DNA of 36,040 nucleotides, taken from positions 1 through 36,040 of the forward strand of contig JAZBOO010000323.1 in assembly GCA_036351155.1 (NCBI GenBank), read 5' to 3'. Shown here one piece after another: positions 1 through 9,301 of this stretch; positions within the stretch are counted from its first letter, which is position 1, and each line of letters opens with the position of its first letter. A model generated the notes under the pieces. The model had not been told where the DNA came from. It worked only from the letters and a program-made list of their open reading frames with translations, and made no database searches. The position numbers and the translations under genes are program-made. This stretch comes from Candidatus Krumholzibacteriia bacterium. Its GTDB lineage: Bacteria; Krumholzibacteriota; Krumholzibacteriia; LZORAL124-64-63.

Positions 1-574
1 CCTCGAGCCCAAGCCCCGTGGTGAAGGCTTCGAGTTCGCCGACGAGATCGTCGGTGGCGTGGTGCCCGGCAAGTTCATCCCCGCCGTGGAGAAGGGCTGC
101 ATCGAGACTCTCAAGGAAGGCCTGGTGGCCGGCTACGAGATGGTGGATGTGAAGTGTGCCCTGTTCTTCGGGTCCTATCACAACGTGGACTCCAGCGAAG
201 CGGCCTTCAAGATGGCCGCCCGCAAGGCTCTCAAGGGAGCCATCGAGGAAGAGTCGGCCAAGTTGCGGCCCGTCATTCTCGAACCGATCATGAAGGTGGA
301 TATTGTGGTGCCCCAGGCCTACATGGGCGATGTGATGGGCGATGTGTCCACCCGGCGCGGCGCCATCCAGGGCAGTGAGTCCGATGGCCCCTACCAGGTG
401 GTGACGGCCAACATTCCCGAGGATGAGCTGTACCAGTACGCCACCAGTCTGCGCTCGTTCACCCAGGGGACCGGTGTTTTCACCATGGAGTTCTCGCACT
501 ACGCCGAAGTTCCCGGTGACGTGCAGAGCCGCCTGGTGGACGAGTACAAGAAAACCCAGACCGCCGAGGAGTAA
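1..574 (+). CDS. fusA: Elongation factor G-like protein (C-terminal domains IV-V), 5'-truncated by window edge; probably an EF-G paralogue
   Basis: Frame open from position 2: LEPKPRGEGFEFADEIVGG..., GSYHNVDSSEAAFKMAA, PVILEPIMKVDIVVP, YATSLRSFTQGTGVFTMEFSHYAEVP. Not followed by tuf. Confidence 0.92.
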   Translation, partial: LEPKPRGEGFEFADEIVGGVVPGKFIPAVEKGCIETLKEGLVAGYEMVDVKCALFFGSYHNVDSSEAAFKMAARKALKGAIEEESAKLRPVILEPIMKVDIVVPQAYMGDVMGDVSTRRGAIQGSESDGPYQVVTANIPEDELYQYATSLRSFTQGTGVFTMEFSHYAEVPGDVQSRLVDEYKKTQTAEE

Positions 575-580
575 GGGGAT

Positions 581-1336
581 ATGGCTGGACATTCCAAATG
601 GGCGAACATCAAGCACCGCAAGGGCGCACAGGACGCCAAACGGGCCAAGGTGTTCACCCGGCTGATTCGTGAGATTACCGTCGCCGCCCGTCAGGGCGGC
701 GGCGACATGGAATCCAATCCGCGTCTGCGTTCGGCCATCATCACCGCCCGCGGCTCCAACATGCCCAACGACACCATCGAGAAGGCCATCAAGCGCGGTA
801 CCGGCGAAATTGAGGGGATGATCATCGAGGAGGTCAACTACGAGGGCTATGGTCCTGGTGGCGTGGCCATCCTGGTGGAGTGTCAGACCGACAACAAGAA
901 CCGGACCACCGCCGAAGTGCGCCATGTCTTCACGAAGTTCAACGGGAACCTCGGGGCCAATGGCTGCGTGACGTATATTTTCGACCGCAAGGGGATGATC
1001 GTCATTGACGGCGAGCGCTGCGATCTGGAAACTGCCATGGAGGCGGCCATCGAAGCGGGCGCCGAGGACGTGGAAGAGGATGGCGGTGTGATCACCGTGA
1101 CCACGGCCATGGAAGATCTGCACATGGTGAGCAAGGCGCTCACCGAGGCGGAACTTCCGGTCACGTCCACCGAGCTGGCCCAGATCCCCAACACCACCGT
1201 CAAGGTGGATGTGGGCGATGCGGGCACGCTGATGAAACTGATCACCCACATGGACGACCTGGATGACGTCAGCCAGGTGTTCGCCAATTTCGACATCGAT
1301 GAAGACCTGATGGCCAAGATCGAGGAGAAGCTCTGA
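581..1336 (+). CDS. yebC: YebC/PmpR family protein
   Basis: MAGHSKWANIKHRKG N-terminus and YEGYGPGGVA motif; usual position before ruvC. Confidence 0.97.
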   Translation: MAGHSKWANIKHRKGAQDAKRAKVFTRLIREITVAARQGGGDMESNPRLRSAIITARGSNMPNDTIEKAIKRGTGEIEGMIIEEVNYEGYGPGGVAILVECQTDNKNRTTAEVRHVFTKFNGNLGANGCVTYIFDRKGMIVIDGERCDLETAMEAAIEAGAEDVEEDGGVITVTTAMEDLHMVSKALTEAELPVTSTELAQIPNTTVKVDVGDAGTLMKLITHMDDLDDVSQVFANFDIDEDLMAKIEEKL

Positions 1337-1377
1337 TCCCCGCCACGGGTTTTTCCCAGTGAAGGGTACAGGGCATC

Positions 1378-1857
1378 TTGATCGTTCTGGGTATTGATCC
1401 GGGATCACACGCGACCGGCTACGGGGTAGTTTCCACCGAGCCGGTCGCTCGTCTGTTGGCCGGTGGGGTCATTCGCACTTCCGCCCGTGCCACCTTGCCC
1501 GAACGCCTGCTGGAAATTCACCAGGGTGTGAGCGCGATCCTGGCCGAGCATCCGGTTGCCGCCATGGCCGTCGAGAACCTTTTCAATGCCAAGAACGCCC
1601 GCAGTTCGCTTATCCTGGGGCACGCCCGGGGAGTGATCCTGCTGGCCGGGGCCGAGGCCGGCTTGACCGTGGGCGAATATGCTCCTCGGGAAGTCAAGCA
1701 GGCCCTGACCGGCAACGGGGCGGCGACCAAGGAGCAGGTGCGATTCATGGTGATGCGCCTGCTGAACCTGAAGGAAGAGCCCCCCCTGGACATGAGTGAT
1801 GCCCTGGCTGTGGCCCTTTCACACGCCAGCCGGCTGGGTCCGCGGGGTCGGGCCTGA
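1378..1857 (+). CDS. ruvC: Holliday junction resolvase RuvC
   Basis: VLGIDPG, AVE, LGHARG, EYAPREVKQA, DMSDALAVA; TTG start. Confidence 0.96.
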   Translation: MIVLGIDPGSHATGYGVVSTEPVARLLAGGVIRTSARATLPERLLEIHQGVSAILAEHPVAAMAVENLFNAKNARSSLILGHARGVILLAGAEAGLTVGEYAPREVKQALTGNGAATKEQVRFMVMRLLNLKEEPPLDMSDALAVALSHASRLGPRGRA

Positions 1858-1875
1858 GCAGATGGAGATGAGATC

Positions 1876-2490
1876 TTGATCGCCTTTCTGGAAGGTATTC
1901 TGGTGACCGGCGGCACCGAAGCTGTGGTCATGGTGGGCGGCGGTCTGGGGCTGGATGTCCAGCTTTCCGCGCACAGCGCCGATCGCTTGCCTTCGGTGGG
2001 CCAGCAGGTCCGGCTATGGACCCATCTGGCGGTGCGCGAGGACAACTGGTCCCTGTATGGATTCGTGGACCACGAGGAACGTGCCATGTTCCGGCTCCTC
2101 ATCTCCGTCTCGGGAGTGGGGCCCAAGGTGGCCCTGGGTATGCTGTCCAGGGCCACGCCCGCCGAGGTGGCCATGTACCTGCACAGCGGTGACGAGAAGG
2201 CCCTCACGGGCTTGCCGGGCATCGGCAAGAAAAGCGCCGCCCGGTTGATCGTCGAGCTGGGCAAGCGGATACCCGACTCGGCTCTTCCCTCGGCGGCGGC
2301 TTCCGGCCCCGCCGGATCCACGCGCCCCGGCGGTCTGTCCGAAGCCGTGGCCATCCTGGGCGCCATGGGGGTGCCTGCCGCTTCTGCGGAAGCCGCCCTG
2401 ATCAAGGCCAAGCAAATCGAACCCGAACTGGACCCCACCGTGGCCAGGGACCTGGAAGCCTGGGTGCGCCTGGCCCTCCGGAACTTGTAA
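1876..2490 (+). CDS. ruvA: Holliday junction branch migration protein RuvA
   Basis: MIAFLEG, VREDNWSLYGF, LISVSGVGPKVAL, LPGIGKKSAARLIVEL; TTG start after GGAG. Confidence 0.96.
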   Translation: MIAFLEGILVTGGTEAVVMVGGGLGLDVQLSAHSADRLPSVGQQVRLWTHLAVREDNWSLYGFVDHEERAMFRLLISVSGVGPKVALGMLSRATPAEVAMYLHSGDEKALTGLPGIGKKSAARLIVELGKRIPDSALPSAAASGPAGSTRPGGLSEAVAILGAMGVPAASAEAALIKAKQIEPELDPTVARDLEAWVRLALRNL

Positions 2491-2502
2491 AGGGAGTGAC
2501 TC

Positions 2503-3543
2503 GTGGCCGACCACCGCTGGACCGACCCCGCCGAGCAGGAACAGGACAAGGACCTGGACCGGAGTCTGCGCCCTCGCACCCTGGACGAGTTCATCGGTCA
2601 GGAGGAGCTGAAGGACAACCTGCGGGTCTTCATCCGGGCTGCGCGACAGCGGGGCGAGGTCCTGGATCACGTACTGCTGCACGGTCCTCCGGGGCTGGGC
2701 AAGACCACTCTCAGTCAGATCGTGGCGGCGGAGATGGACCTGGAAATCCGCCTGACCAGCGGACCTGCGTTCACCAACAGCGCCGAGCTGATTGCCCTGT
2801 TGACCGAACAGAACGACCGGCGGGCCATCTTCATCGATGAAATCCATCGCCTGGGCCGGGTCATCGAGGAACACCTGTATCCCGCCATGGAGGACTGGCG
2901 GGTGGAGCTGATCATCGACAAGGGGCCCAACGCGCGGCATTTCAACATGCAGCTGGAACCCTTCACGCTGATCGGGGCCACGACCCGTGCCGGCCTGATC
3001 ACCCCGGCCATGCGCAGCCGGTTCGGCATCGTCTGTCACCTGGATTTCTACCCGCCCGAGGATCTGGCCATCATCGTCACGCGGTCCGCCGGAATCCTGG
3101 ACATTGGCATCGACCAGGAGGGGGCCATCGAGATTGCACGCCGCAGCCGGGGCACCCCGCGCGCGGCCAACCGCCTCCTGCGCCGGGTTCGGGACTATGC
3201 CCAGGTTTCGGGGGAGCCGTTGATCACGAAGGCGATCGCGGACCATGGGCTGACCCGTCTGGGGGTGGACCACCTGGGTCTGGAACCGCTGGATCGGCGG
3301 TACCTGCGGCTGATCATCGAACATTTCGGTGGCGGGCCGGTGGGCATCCAGAACATGTCCGTCAGCCTGGGCGAAGAATCCGACACCCTGGAAGATGTGG
3401 TGGAACCTTTCCTGATCCAGACCGGACTCCTGATGCGCACGCCTCGCGGCCGCGAGGTGACTCCGCGGGCCTGGGAGCACCTCGAGCTGGATCCGCCGGC
3501 CAGGCCCGGTGATGCCCCCGGCCGGCAAGGAGAGCTGCTGTAG
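2503..3543 (+). CDS. ruvB: Holliday junction branch migration ATPase RuvB
   Basis: LRPRTLDEFIGQ, Walker A GPPGLGKTT, FIDEIHR, GATTRAG, RTPRGR. Confidence 0.98.
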   Translation: MADHRWTDPAEQEQDKDLDRSLRPRTLDEFIGQEELKDNLRVFIRAARQRGEVLDHVLLHGPPGLGKTTLSQIVAAEMDLEIRLTSGPAFTNSAELIALLTEQNDRRAIFIDEIHRLGRVIEEHLYPAMEDWRVELIIDKGPNARHFNMQLEPFTLIGATTRAGLITPAMRSRFGIVCHLDFYPPEDLAIIVTRSAGILDIGIDQEGAIEIARRSRGTPRAANRLLRRVRDYAQVSGEPLITKAIADHGLTRLGVDHLGLEPLDRRYLRLIIEHFGGGPVGIQNMSVSLGEESDTLEDVVEPFLIQTGLLMRTPRGREVTPRAWEHLELDPPARPGDAPGRQGELL

Positions 3544-4752
3544 ATGGTCGATGCTTCCGCCAACCCGGAATACCAGTTCCTCTTGCCGGAGGAATTGATT
3601 GCCCAGCAGCCGGCCCCGCGGCGCGGCGATTCCCGCATGCTTCTGGTGACACCCGGAGTGGGAGTGGTGGGCGAACGGCCGTTCCGGGCCATCGAGGAGA
3701 TTCTTCGGCCAGGTGACCTCCTGGTCCTGAACCAGAGTGAGGTCTTGCCGGCGCGCCTGGCCACCTGGCGGCCGGAAACCGGGGGCGCGGTGGAAATCCT
3801 CCTGATCCGCCCCGAGGGACCCTCGAGCTGGACGGCCATGGCGCGTCCTGCCCGCCGCCTGAAGCCCGGGGTGGTGCTGGCTGTGCAGGGAGCCGATCCG
3901 GCGCAAGAGGGTGAACTCCTGACCGTCGAGAGAAAAAACGAAGACGGGACGGTGGTGGTGAACGCGGCCATCGATCCCGGTGAGCTGGCCCGTAAATACG
4001 GGACCATGCCCCTTCCTCCTTACATCAAGCATCATCCGGAACGGGAGGCTGAGGGCGAGCGGGAAGCGCTGGCCCGCCACCGCTACCAGACCGTGTATTG
4101 CCGACCTGATCCCCGGGGGGCAGCCTCGGTGGCCGCCCCCACCGCGGGGTTGCATTTTTCCCGGGACACCCTGGCCCAGCTCGAGGCCCGAGGGGTGAAG
4201 CTGGCCTACTTGACCTTGCACGTGGGGCCGGGCACCTTTCAGCCCCCGGACCGGGACCAGATCGCCGCCCGGCGCCTGCACAGCGAGTTCTTTCATCTGC
4301 CCCTGGCTGTCAGTCGTGCTCTGGCCGAAACTCGCGCCTCAGGGGGGCGGGTGATCGCGGTGGGGACCACCAGCCTGCGGGTGCTGGAAACGGTGGCGCG
4401 GCTCGGGCTGGAAATGGTGGAGGCCCCGGCTGGGGACCCCGTGGATTTCGGTCCCACGGCACAGGATCCATCGCCTGTTTTCACGGGCCAGGCCAGACGG
4501 GAAGGGGGCCACTGGGAAGTGTCCGGGCAAACCCGCCTGTTCATCAGTCCACCGGACAGGGTGCAGGCCGCCGACGGCCTGGTGACCAACTTCCATTTAC
4601 CCGGGTCGTCCCTGTTGATGCTGGTGGCCTCCCTGATGGGGTCGGACATCTGGCGGGGGGTTTATGCCCACGCCGTTCAAGAACGAATGCGCTTCTACAG
4701 CTATGGCGACTGCATGCTGATCTTGCCGCCGCCGGGAGAAAATGATGAGTGA
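3544..4752 (+). CDS. queA: S-adenosylmethionine:tRNA ribosyltransferase-isomerase QueA
   Basis: LPEELIAQ, PLPPYI, YQTVY, SVAAPTAGLHF, LHVGPGTF, AVGTTSLR, TNFHLP, FYSYGD. Confidence 0.97.
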   Translation: MVDASANPEYQFLLPEELIAQQPAPRRGDSRMLLVTPGVGVVGERPFRAIEEILRPGDLLVLNQSEVLPARLATWRPETGGAVEILLIRPEGPSSWTAMARPARRLKPGVVLAVQGADPAQEGELLTVERKNEDGTVVVNAAIDPGELARKYGTMPLPPYIKHHPEREAEGEREALARHRYQTVYCRPDPRGAASVAAPTAGLHFSRDTLAQLEARGVKLAYLTLHVGPGTFQPPDRDQIAARRLHSEFFHLPLAVSRALAETRASGGRVIAVGTTSLRVLETVARLGLEMVEAPAGDPVDFGPTAQDPSPVFTGQARREGGHWEVSGQTRLFISPPDRVQAADGLVTNFHLPGSSLLMLVASLMGSDIWRGVYAHAVQERMRFYSYGDCMLILPPPGENDE

Positions 4753-5944
4753 AGGACGCGACCTGTCCACTCCCTTCGGGTTTGAAGTTCTGACCCGATC
4801 CCCCGATTGCGGGGGACGCCTGGGTCGCCTGACCACCGGCCACGCGGTGGTGGACACCCCGGTGTTCATGCCCGTTGGCACCGTGGGTTCGGTCAAGGCC
4901 GTCACCTTCGAGCAGGTCGAGGCCACCGGGGCCCGCCTCATCCTGGGCAACACATACCATCTGTACCTGCGGCCGGGACACGAGTTGATCGATCACTTCG
5001 GGGGGCTGCACCGCTTCGAAAGCTGGAACGGAGCTCTCCTGACGGACAGCGCGGGTTTTCAGGTCTTTTCGCTCAGCGATCTGAACCGGATCACCGAGGA
5101 CGGCGTGGAATTCCGCTCCCACCTGGACGGCAGCAAGCATTTCTTCAGCCCGGAACTGAGCATGGAGGTCCAGCTGGCCCTGGGGTCGAACATCGTCATG
5201 GCCTTTGATCAGTGTGCTCCCTACGGAGCCGACCCCCGTGAGGTGGAGGCCGCGGTGGTTCGGACCACCCGCTGGCTCAAGCGGTGCAAGAAAGTCTTCG
5301 GCGGGCGTGATTATCGCCACGGCTGGGAGCGGGTGCTGTTCGGCATCATGCAAGGCGGGGTCGATGGCGATCTGCGTCGGCGCTCGGCGGCGGAGATCGT
5401 GGAGCTGGACCTGCCCGGCTATGCCATCGGCGGCCTTTCGGTGGGCGAGCCCACGGCGGCCATGCGGGAAATGACCGACCTGGCCGCAGGCCTGCTGCCC
5501 CCCGAGAAGCCCCGCTACCTGATGGGGGTGGGCTTTCCCGATGATATCCTGGCGGGTGTCACTGCCGGTGTGGACATGTTCGACTGCGTGCTGCCCACCC
5601 GGATGGCCCGCACCGGGACGGTCCTGACGCGCGACGGTCGCCTGGTGATCAAGAACCAGGAGCACGCCCGCGACACCGGGCCCATCGATGCGGAATGTGG
5701 GTGTCCTGTCTGTGCGCGCCACAGCCGCGGGTACATCCGGCATCTTTTTCAGGCCCGGGAAATCCTGGGCCCCACCCTGGCCACCATCCACAACCTGCAT
5801 TTCTACCAGGAATTGATGGCCGGGATCCGCCGGACCCTGGGCGAGGGCACTTTTCCCGACTACGCGCGGACCATGACCGCCCGCTGGACCGAGGGGGAAG
5901 GCCGCCGGCTGGCGGCGGTGAAAAAGAACCCGCATGGTCGGTGA
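4742..5944 (+). CDS. tgt: tRNA-guanine transglycosylase (queuine tRNA-ribosyltransferase)
   Basis: TPVFMPVGT, NTYHLYLRPG, TDSAGFQ, KPRYLMGVG, DMFDCVLPTR, zinc site CGCPVC...H; tandem ATGs at 4742 and 4745. Confidence 0.97.
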   Translation: MMSEGRDLSTPFGFEVLTRSPDCGGRLGRLTTGHAVVDTPVFMPVGTVGSVKAVTFEQVEATGARLILGNTYHLYLRPGHELIDHFGGLHRFESWNGALLTDSAGFQVFSLSDLNRITEDGVEFRSHLDGSKHFFSPELSMEVQLALGSNIVMAFDQCAPYGADPREVEAAVVRTTRWLKRCKKVFGGRDYRHGWERVLFGIMQGGVDGDLRRRSAAEIVELDLPGYAIGGLSVGEPTAAMREMTDLAAGLLPPEKPRYLMGVGFPDDILAGVTAGVDMFDCVLPTRMARTGTVLTRDGRLVIKNQEHARDTGPIDAECGCPVCARHSRGYIRHLFQAREILGPTLATIHNLHFYQELMAGIRRTLGEGTFPDYARTMTARWTEGEGRRLAAVKKNPHGR

Positions 5945-6051
5945 GCCCGCGGCTTGCCCTCTTCGCCAAAACCATACATTTTAGGGGGGCGAGTTTCGAA
6001 GGCCGTCTTCCTGTTTGAGCGGTCTGCCCCCTGTATTTGAAGGAGCCATCC

Positions 6052-6378
6052 ATGTCTATCCAGCCTTTCCTGTCCATGGCCAATCCCGGTGGTGCCTCCG
6101 GCGGCGGCGGTTCCGGTCTGATGACCCTGCTCATGTTCGGTTCGGTGTTCGCCATCTTCTGGTTCATGATCCTGCGCCCCCAGAAAAAGCAGGCGGACCA
6201 GCGCAAGGCCATGATCGAAGCCCTCAAGCGGGGCGACAAGATCGTCACCAGCGGCGGGCTCTTCGCCGTGGTGCGTGACGTCAAGGGCGACCGGGTGGTG
6301 GCCACCATCGGCGAGAACATCAAGGTCGAGATCGCCAAGCATGCGATCAGCGGGGTTGTGGAACAGGAAGAAGCCTAG
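6052..6378 (+). CDS. yajC: Preprotein translocase subunit YajC
   Basis: FWFMILRPQKKQ and LKRGDKIVTSGG; ATG 6052 after AAGGAG. Confidence 0.95.
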   Translation: MSIQPFLSMANPGGASGGGGSGLMTLLMFGSVFAIFWFMILRPQKKQADQRKAMIEALKRGDKIVTSGGLFAVVRDVKGDRVVATIGENIKVEIAKHAISGVVEQEEA

Positions 6379-6381
6379 ACC

Positions 6382-6942
6382 TTGCCGGCCCAGGCCGAGG
6401 GTGGGACGGGCCTTCTCCGTATCCTGAGCTACGGGGCTGCCGTCTTGCGTCAGGTGGCCATCGAGGCGCAGCCCGGCAGCGGAGAAACCCGGGAGCTGCT
6501 CGATGATATGTGGCGCACCCTGACCGATGACGGCGGGGTGGGACTGGCGGCGCCCCAGGTTGGGGTGGCCCGGCGGGTCATTGTCGTCCGCAATCCCGAG
6601 CAGCCCGCCGCCCGACAGCGCCTGGACCTGGTCAACCCCCGGGTGATCAGGACCTTCGGCGACGACCACCCCTTCGAGGAAGGCTGCCTTTCCTTTCCCG
6701 GCCTCTATACCACGGTTTGGCGGCCCCGGGGAGTGGAGGTCGAGTTCCACGATATCGACGGGCAGGTCCAGCGCCTGAAGGACGATGGTCTGGTGGCCCG
6801 GATCATCCTGCATGAGATTGATCACCTGGAAGGCATCCTGTTCATCGACCACCTGTCCTTCGCACGTCGACTCTGGCATCTACCCCGGCTGACCCTGATC
6901 CTCGCCGGCAACGTCCTGGGGAAAATGAGGTTCAAGAGATGA
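6382..6942 (+). CDS. def: Peptide deformylase
   Basis: GVGLAAPQ, EGCLS and HEIDH motifs; start codon uncertain. Confidence 0.95.
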   Translation: MPAQAEGGTGLLRILSYGAAVLRQVAIEAQPGSGETRELLDDMWRTLTDDGGVGLAAPQVGVARRVIVVRNPEQPAARQRLDLVNPRVIRTFGDDHPFEEGCLSFPGLYTTVWRPRGVEVEFHDIDGQVQRLKDDGLVARIILHEIDHLEGILFIDHLSFARRLWHLPRLTLILAGNVLGKMRFKR

Positions 6943-7874
6943 AGATCGTATTCATGGGTTCTCCCGATTTCGCCGTCCCCTCCCTGGAGGCGTTGGTCGA
7001 GGCGCGGTTCAAGGTGGGACTGGTGGTGACCCAGCCTGATCGGCCGGCCGGTCGGGGGCGCAAGATGCTCCCCACCGCGGTCAAGGCCACGGCCCTGGAG
7101 CACGGTCTGCCGGTGATGGATTTCGGCAAGGATGACCGCCGGCGGGTGACCGAGGCGGTCATGGCCGAAAAACCCGATGCCGTGGTGGTGGTGGCCTTCG
7201 GTCACATCCTGCGAGAACCTCTGCTCTCCGGTCCGCCCCTGGGGTGCATCAATGTCCACGCCAGTCTATTGCCGCGATGGCGAGGGGTCTCGCCGGTGCA
7301 GTATTCCATCATGCACGGAGATTCCTGGAGCGGCGTGACCATCATGCGCATGGATGCGGGCGTGGATACCGGCCCCATCCTGGCTCAGCGCAGCGTGCCC
7401 ATCGGCCCGGAAGATACCGCGGGCGAGCTGCTGAGCGCCCTGGCCGGTCAGGGGGCCGATCTGCTGATCCACACCCTGCGCAACCTGCAGAACGAGCAGG
7501 TGTCCCCCCAGCCTCAGAACGATTCGGGTGCGGTGTATGCGCCCAAGCTGACCCGCAGTCTGTCGTCTCTGCGCTGGGATCTGAACGTGGTGAAAGTCCA
7601 CAACCAGGTCCGGGCCCTGTCGCCCTGGCCGGGAACCACCACCTATCTGGGCGAGAAGCTGCTGAAGATCACCCAGGCACGGCCCATGTCCTTCCTGGAG
7701 TCCGGCAAGGTGCCGGGCACGGTCCTGGATGTGGGGCCCGGCGGGGTCACCGTGGCCTGTGGGGAAGGTGCCTTGCTGCTGACCGGATTGCAGATCCCGG
7801 GCAAGAAACCTCTGCCCGTGGCGGAGTTTCTGCGGGGATTCCAGATTCACCCCGGCGACCTGTTGCGCTCATGA
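6939..7874 (+). CDS. fmt: Methionyl-tRNA formyltransferase
   Basis: MKIVFMGSPDFA, VVTQPDRPAGRG, INVHASLLPRWRG, MDAGVDTG; ATGA overlap with def. Confidence 0.97.
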   Translation: MKIVFMGSPDFAVPSLEALVEARFKVGLVVTQPDRPAGRGRKMLPTAVKATALEHGLPVMDFGKDDRRRVTEAVMAEKPDAVVVVAFGHILREPLLSGPPLGCINVHASLLPRWRGVSPVQYSIMHGDSWSGVTIMRMDAGVDTGPILAQRSVPIGPEDTAGELLSALAGQGADLLIHTLRNLQNEQVSPQPQNDSGAVYAPKLTRSLSSLRWDLNVVKVHNQVRALSPWPGTTTYLGEKLLKITQARPMSFLESGKVPGTVLDVGPGGVTVACGEGALLLTGLQIPGKKPLPVAEFLRGFQIHPGDLLRS

Positions 7875-9301
7875 AATCGGATCCCGTGCGTCGGCTGGGC
7901 CTGACCATCCTGGTCGAGGTGGAGGCGGGAAAAATCCTGGACCGGCAACTCGACGCAGCCTTCGATCAGCTTGCCGAGCCGCGCGACCGGGCGTTCCTGG
8001 CCGAGATGGTGCGCGGCACCATTCAGTGGCGTGAGCGTTACCGCCATGTGTTGAAATCCTTCGTCTCGCGCCAGTTGCCCGAGGATCCCGTCCTGCTCCA
8101 GCTCCTCTTCATGTCCTGCCACCAGCTGCTGGCCATGGGCTCGGTGCCGCCCTATGCGGCCATCCATCAAGCGGGACAGCTCTGCCGGGAGCGGGTTGGG
8201 GAGGACAAGGTTGGTTTTGTCAACGGCCTGCTCCAGGCCATGAAGCGGCGCTTGCTCCCGGAGGCGGGCGACGCGGCGGGCGATGCCCCGGATGCCGGCC
8301 GCCTTCCCGACACATCCCGGCTGCTCACGTTGTTTGACGACGTTTCGGACGATCCCGTGCGTCACCTGGCCGCCTGGCAATCCCATCCCCACTGGCTGAT
8401 CAAGCGCTGGGTGGAACGATTCGGACCCGAGGCCACCCAGGCGATCTGCGCGGCCAACAATCAACCGCTGGACCTGTGCTTGCGGGTGCTCGAACCCCAG
8501 CCGGTGGGCGAGGCCTGTGCACTCCTTCAGGACGCCGGCTGCCCTGTGGTCAGCGTGGAGGATTCCCGGTCCCTCGTGGTGCCCGGGCGCCTGGCCCGGC
8601 CGCAACTGCGCCCTCTGCTGGAACGATTCCCCTGGCTGATCGTTCAGGATGAAACGGTGCAACGGGCCACCAGCTGGCTGATGAGCGGCCGCGAGGACCT
8701 GCGGCAGGCCGGCCGCTGGCCCGGAAATGATCTTCCCGTGCTGGATATGTGCGCCTCGCCGGGAGGGAAAACGGTGCGGCTGGCTGCCGGCTGGACGGAC
8801 ACGGGCCCCTTGCTGGCCATGGACGGCCGTCCGGAGCGTCTGGCACGGCTGCAGGACACGATCCAGCGGACGGGTCACCACGGGGTCCACGTCCTGCTCG
8901 GGGACGGCACCTGCCCCCCATTGAGGCCCGGGACCTGTGCTGCCGTTCTGGTGGACGGTCCTTGCAGTGGAACGGGTGTGATACGCCATCATCCCGAGGC
9001 CCGCTGGCATCTGGAACGGCGCAGTCCCAGGCGCAATGGGAAGGTTCTGGAATCGCTGGCCGTGAAGGCCGCCGATTTGCTGGCCCCCGGCGGGCTGCTC
9101 ATGTATGCTACGTGTTCGCTGGAAGAAGAGGAAAACGAAAAGGTGATCGAGGCTGTTCTGGCCCAGGTCGAGGATCTGGAACCATGTCCCGACCCGAGCG
9201 GCCGCTGGCAGCGGCTGTGGCTGCCTGGCCAGGATGGGGGCGGAGATGGATTCTTTGCCGCCCGCCTGTCCCGGAAAGTGCGTCAAGGGGTGACCCGGTG
9301 A
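7871..9301 (+). CDS. rsmB: 16S rRNA m5C967 methyltransferase RsmB/Sun with NusB-like N-terminal domain
   Basis: GFVNGLL, SHPHWL, DMCASPGGKT, DGPCSGTG, YATCS, DGFFAARL; ATG 7871 overlaps the fmt stop. Confidence 0.9.
   Translation: MKSDPVRRLGLTILVEVEAGKILDRQLDAAFDQLAEPRDRAFLAEMVRGTIQWRERYRHVLKSFVSRQLPEDPVLLQLLFMSCHQLLAMGSVPPYAAIHQAGQLCRERVGEDKVGFVNGLLQAMKRRLLPEAGDAAGDAPDAGRLPDTSRLLTLFDDVSDDPVRHLAAWQSHPHWLIKRWVERFGPEATQAICAANNQPLDLCLRVLEPQPVGEACALLQDAGCPVVSVEDSRSLVVPGRLARPQLRPLLERFPWLIVQDETVQRATSWLMSGREDLRQAGRWPGNDLPVLDMCASPGGKTVRLAAGWTDTGPLLAMDGRPERLARLQDTIQRTGHHGVHVLLGDGTCPPLRPGTCAAVLVDGPCSGTGVIRHHPEARWHLERRSPRRNGKVLESLAVKAADLLAPGGLLMYATCSLEEEENEKVIEAVLAQVEDLEPCPDPSGRWQRLWLPGQDGGGDGFFAARLSRKVRQGVTR

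Noticed and set aside
2014..4296. Long antisense ORFs (760 aa here; also 10812-12365, 19891-21471, 26169-27725, 30432-31919, 32122-33519)
   Set aside because: Shadow frames opposite well-supported genes, expected from high GC3 codon bias; no recognisable motifs.
7244..7870. N-terminal extensions in the ORF track for rsmB (and for the PASTA protein, rpe, rarA, deoB, pdp)
   Set aside because: They overlap neighbouring genes in another frame; better starts with an RBS or stop-start overlap exist downstream.
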